Made by a program: the position numbers and the translations under genes
Source: an uncultured bacterium
Lineage (GTDB): Bacteria > Actinomycetota > Geothermincolia > Geothermincolales > Geothermincolaceae
Assembly: GCA_963765625.1 (NCBI GenBank)
Contig: CAVXXD010000006.1
Location: forward strand, 371,990 to 435,989
Length of the DNA: 64,000 nucleotides
Direction of reading: 5' to 3'
Shown: piece after piece, positions 63,451 through 64,000 of the stretch
Layout: each line of letters starts with the position of its first letter
How positions within the stretch are numbered: position 1 is the stretch's first letter
Notes under the pieces: model-generated
Seen by the model: only the letters and a program-made list of their open reading frames with translations
What the model was told of the DNA's origin: nothing
Database searches by the model: none

Positions 63451-64000
63451 ATGGCCAACGACGACAAGATAGTCCACCTGGACCAGAAGTACATCCCGGA
63501 GGCGTGGTACAACGTCCTGCCGGACCTGCCCAAGCCACTGGAGCCGCCGCTCCACCCGGTGACCCGGCAGCCCATAGGGCCGGACGACCTGGCGCCGCTG
63601 TTTCCCATGGGCCTGATCGCCCAGGAGATGAGCAGCGACAACTACATCGAGATACCGAAAGAGGTCAGGGAGATCTACAAGATATGGAGGCCCACCCCGC
63701 TGGAGCGGGCCACCCGCCTGGAGCAAGCCCTCCAGACCCCGGCCAAAATCTACTATAAGAACGAAGGGCTGAGCCCGGCCGGCAGCCACAAGGGCAACAC
63801 CGCGGTGGCGCAGGCTTTCTACAACAAGGCGGAGGGCGTCAAGCGCATCTCCACCGAGACCGGCGCGGGCCAGTGGGGAACCGCCCTCTCCATGGGCTGC
63901 AAGTTCTTCGACATGGAACTGGACGTCTACATGGTCCGCTCCAGCTTCAACCAGAAGCCCTATCGCCGCATCCTCATGGAGGTCTGGGGCGCCAACGTGC
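63451..64000 (+). CDS. trpB: tryptophan synthase beta chain, TrpB2-type (partial; continues past the window end)
   Basis: The sequence is [63 protein letters not shown], including the PLP Lys in SHK. An AAGGAGG SD precedes it. Confidence 0.9.
   Translation, partial: MANDDKIVHLDQKYIPEAWYNVLPDLPKPLEPPLHPVTRQPIGPDDLAPLFPMGLIAQEMSSDNYIEIPKEVREIYKIWRPTPLERATRLEQALQTPAKIYYKNEGLSPAGSHKGNTAVAQAFYNKAEGVKRISTETGAGQWGTALSMGCKFFDMELDVYMVRSSFNQKPYRRILMEVWGANV

Overview
This is a GC-rich bacterial chromosomal window that is densely coding on both strands. It probably comes from an anaerobic member of the Actinomycetota. That placement is tentative and rests on pheA-DUF4446-serS synteny, a WWW trp leader peptide and many oxygen-sensitive Fe-S proteins.

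Contents in order:
1. 1-11 kb: an Fe-S cluster neighbourhood with four NifB/NifX-like domains, two MinD-like Fe-S ATPases, an Mrp/NBP35 fusion, IscU, DUF134 and small zinc-ribbon proteins. No nitrogenase is present.
2. 11-17 kb: a MarR-antiporter-CBS-SDR operon, hydrolases and a FAD oxidoreductase.
3. 17.4-23.4 kb: a 12-gene co-directional, translationally coupled array running from ArsR through thioredoxins and a CcdA fusion to an unusual module. That module holds an HdrA-fragment-like protein, a ferredoxin, a DGC-GcvH fusion, two DGC proteins and an LplA-type ligase.
4. 0-1.9 kb and 23.8-27.3 kb: three paralogous poly-cysteine (C-x-CC-x-CCC) Fe-S proteins, each paired with a FAD oxidoreductase.
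5. 30-33.9 kb: a 1204-aa surface protein preceded by a promoter, a leader, a uORF and an intrinsic terminator.
6. 36.5-42.4 kb: a gene-decay zone.
7. 44.4-55.2 kb: an accessory region. It holds a HepT remnant, a transposase tail, a MoxR-like AAA+/VWA/beta-solenoid operon, a GH13 glucosidase, an intact HepT-MntA toxin-antitoxin pair, and small islets bounded by partial copies of the 3' half of tRNA-Ser(UGA) next to the real tRNA.
8. 55-64 kb: housekeeping genes (serS, pheA, nfi, trpB) with a classic Trp attenuator.

At least eight genes carry frameshifts or truncations. I cannot tell real pseudogenes from assembly indels using the sequence alone.

The best candidates for an undescribed system are the DGC/GcvH/LplA/HdrA-like module, the MoxR-VWA-beta-solenoid operon, and the poly-Cys Fe-S plus FAD oxidoreductase pairs. 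No CRISPR array, rRNA gene or intact mobile element was seen.
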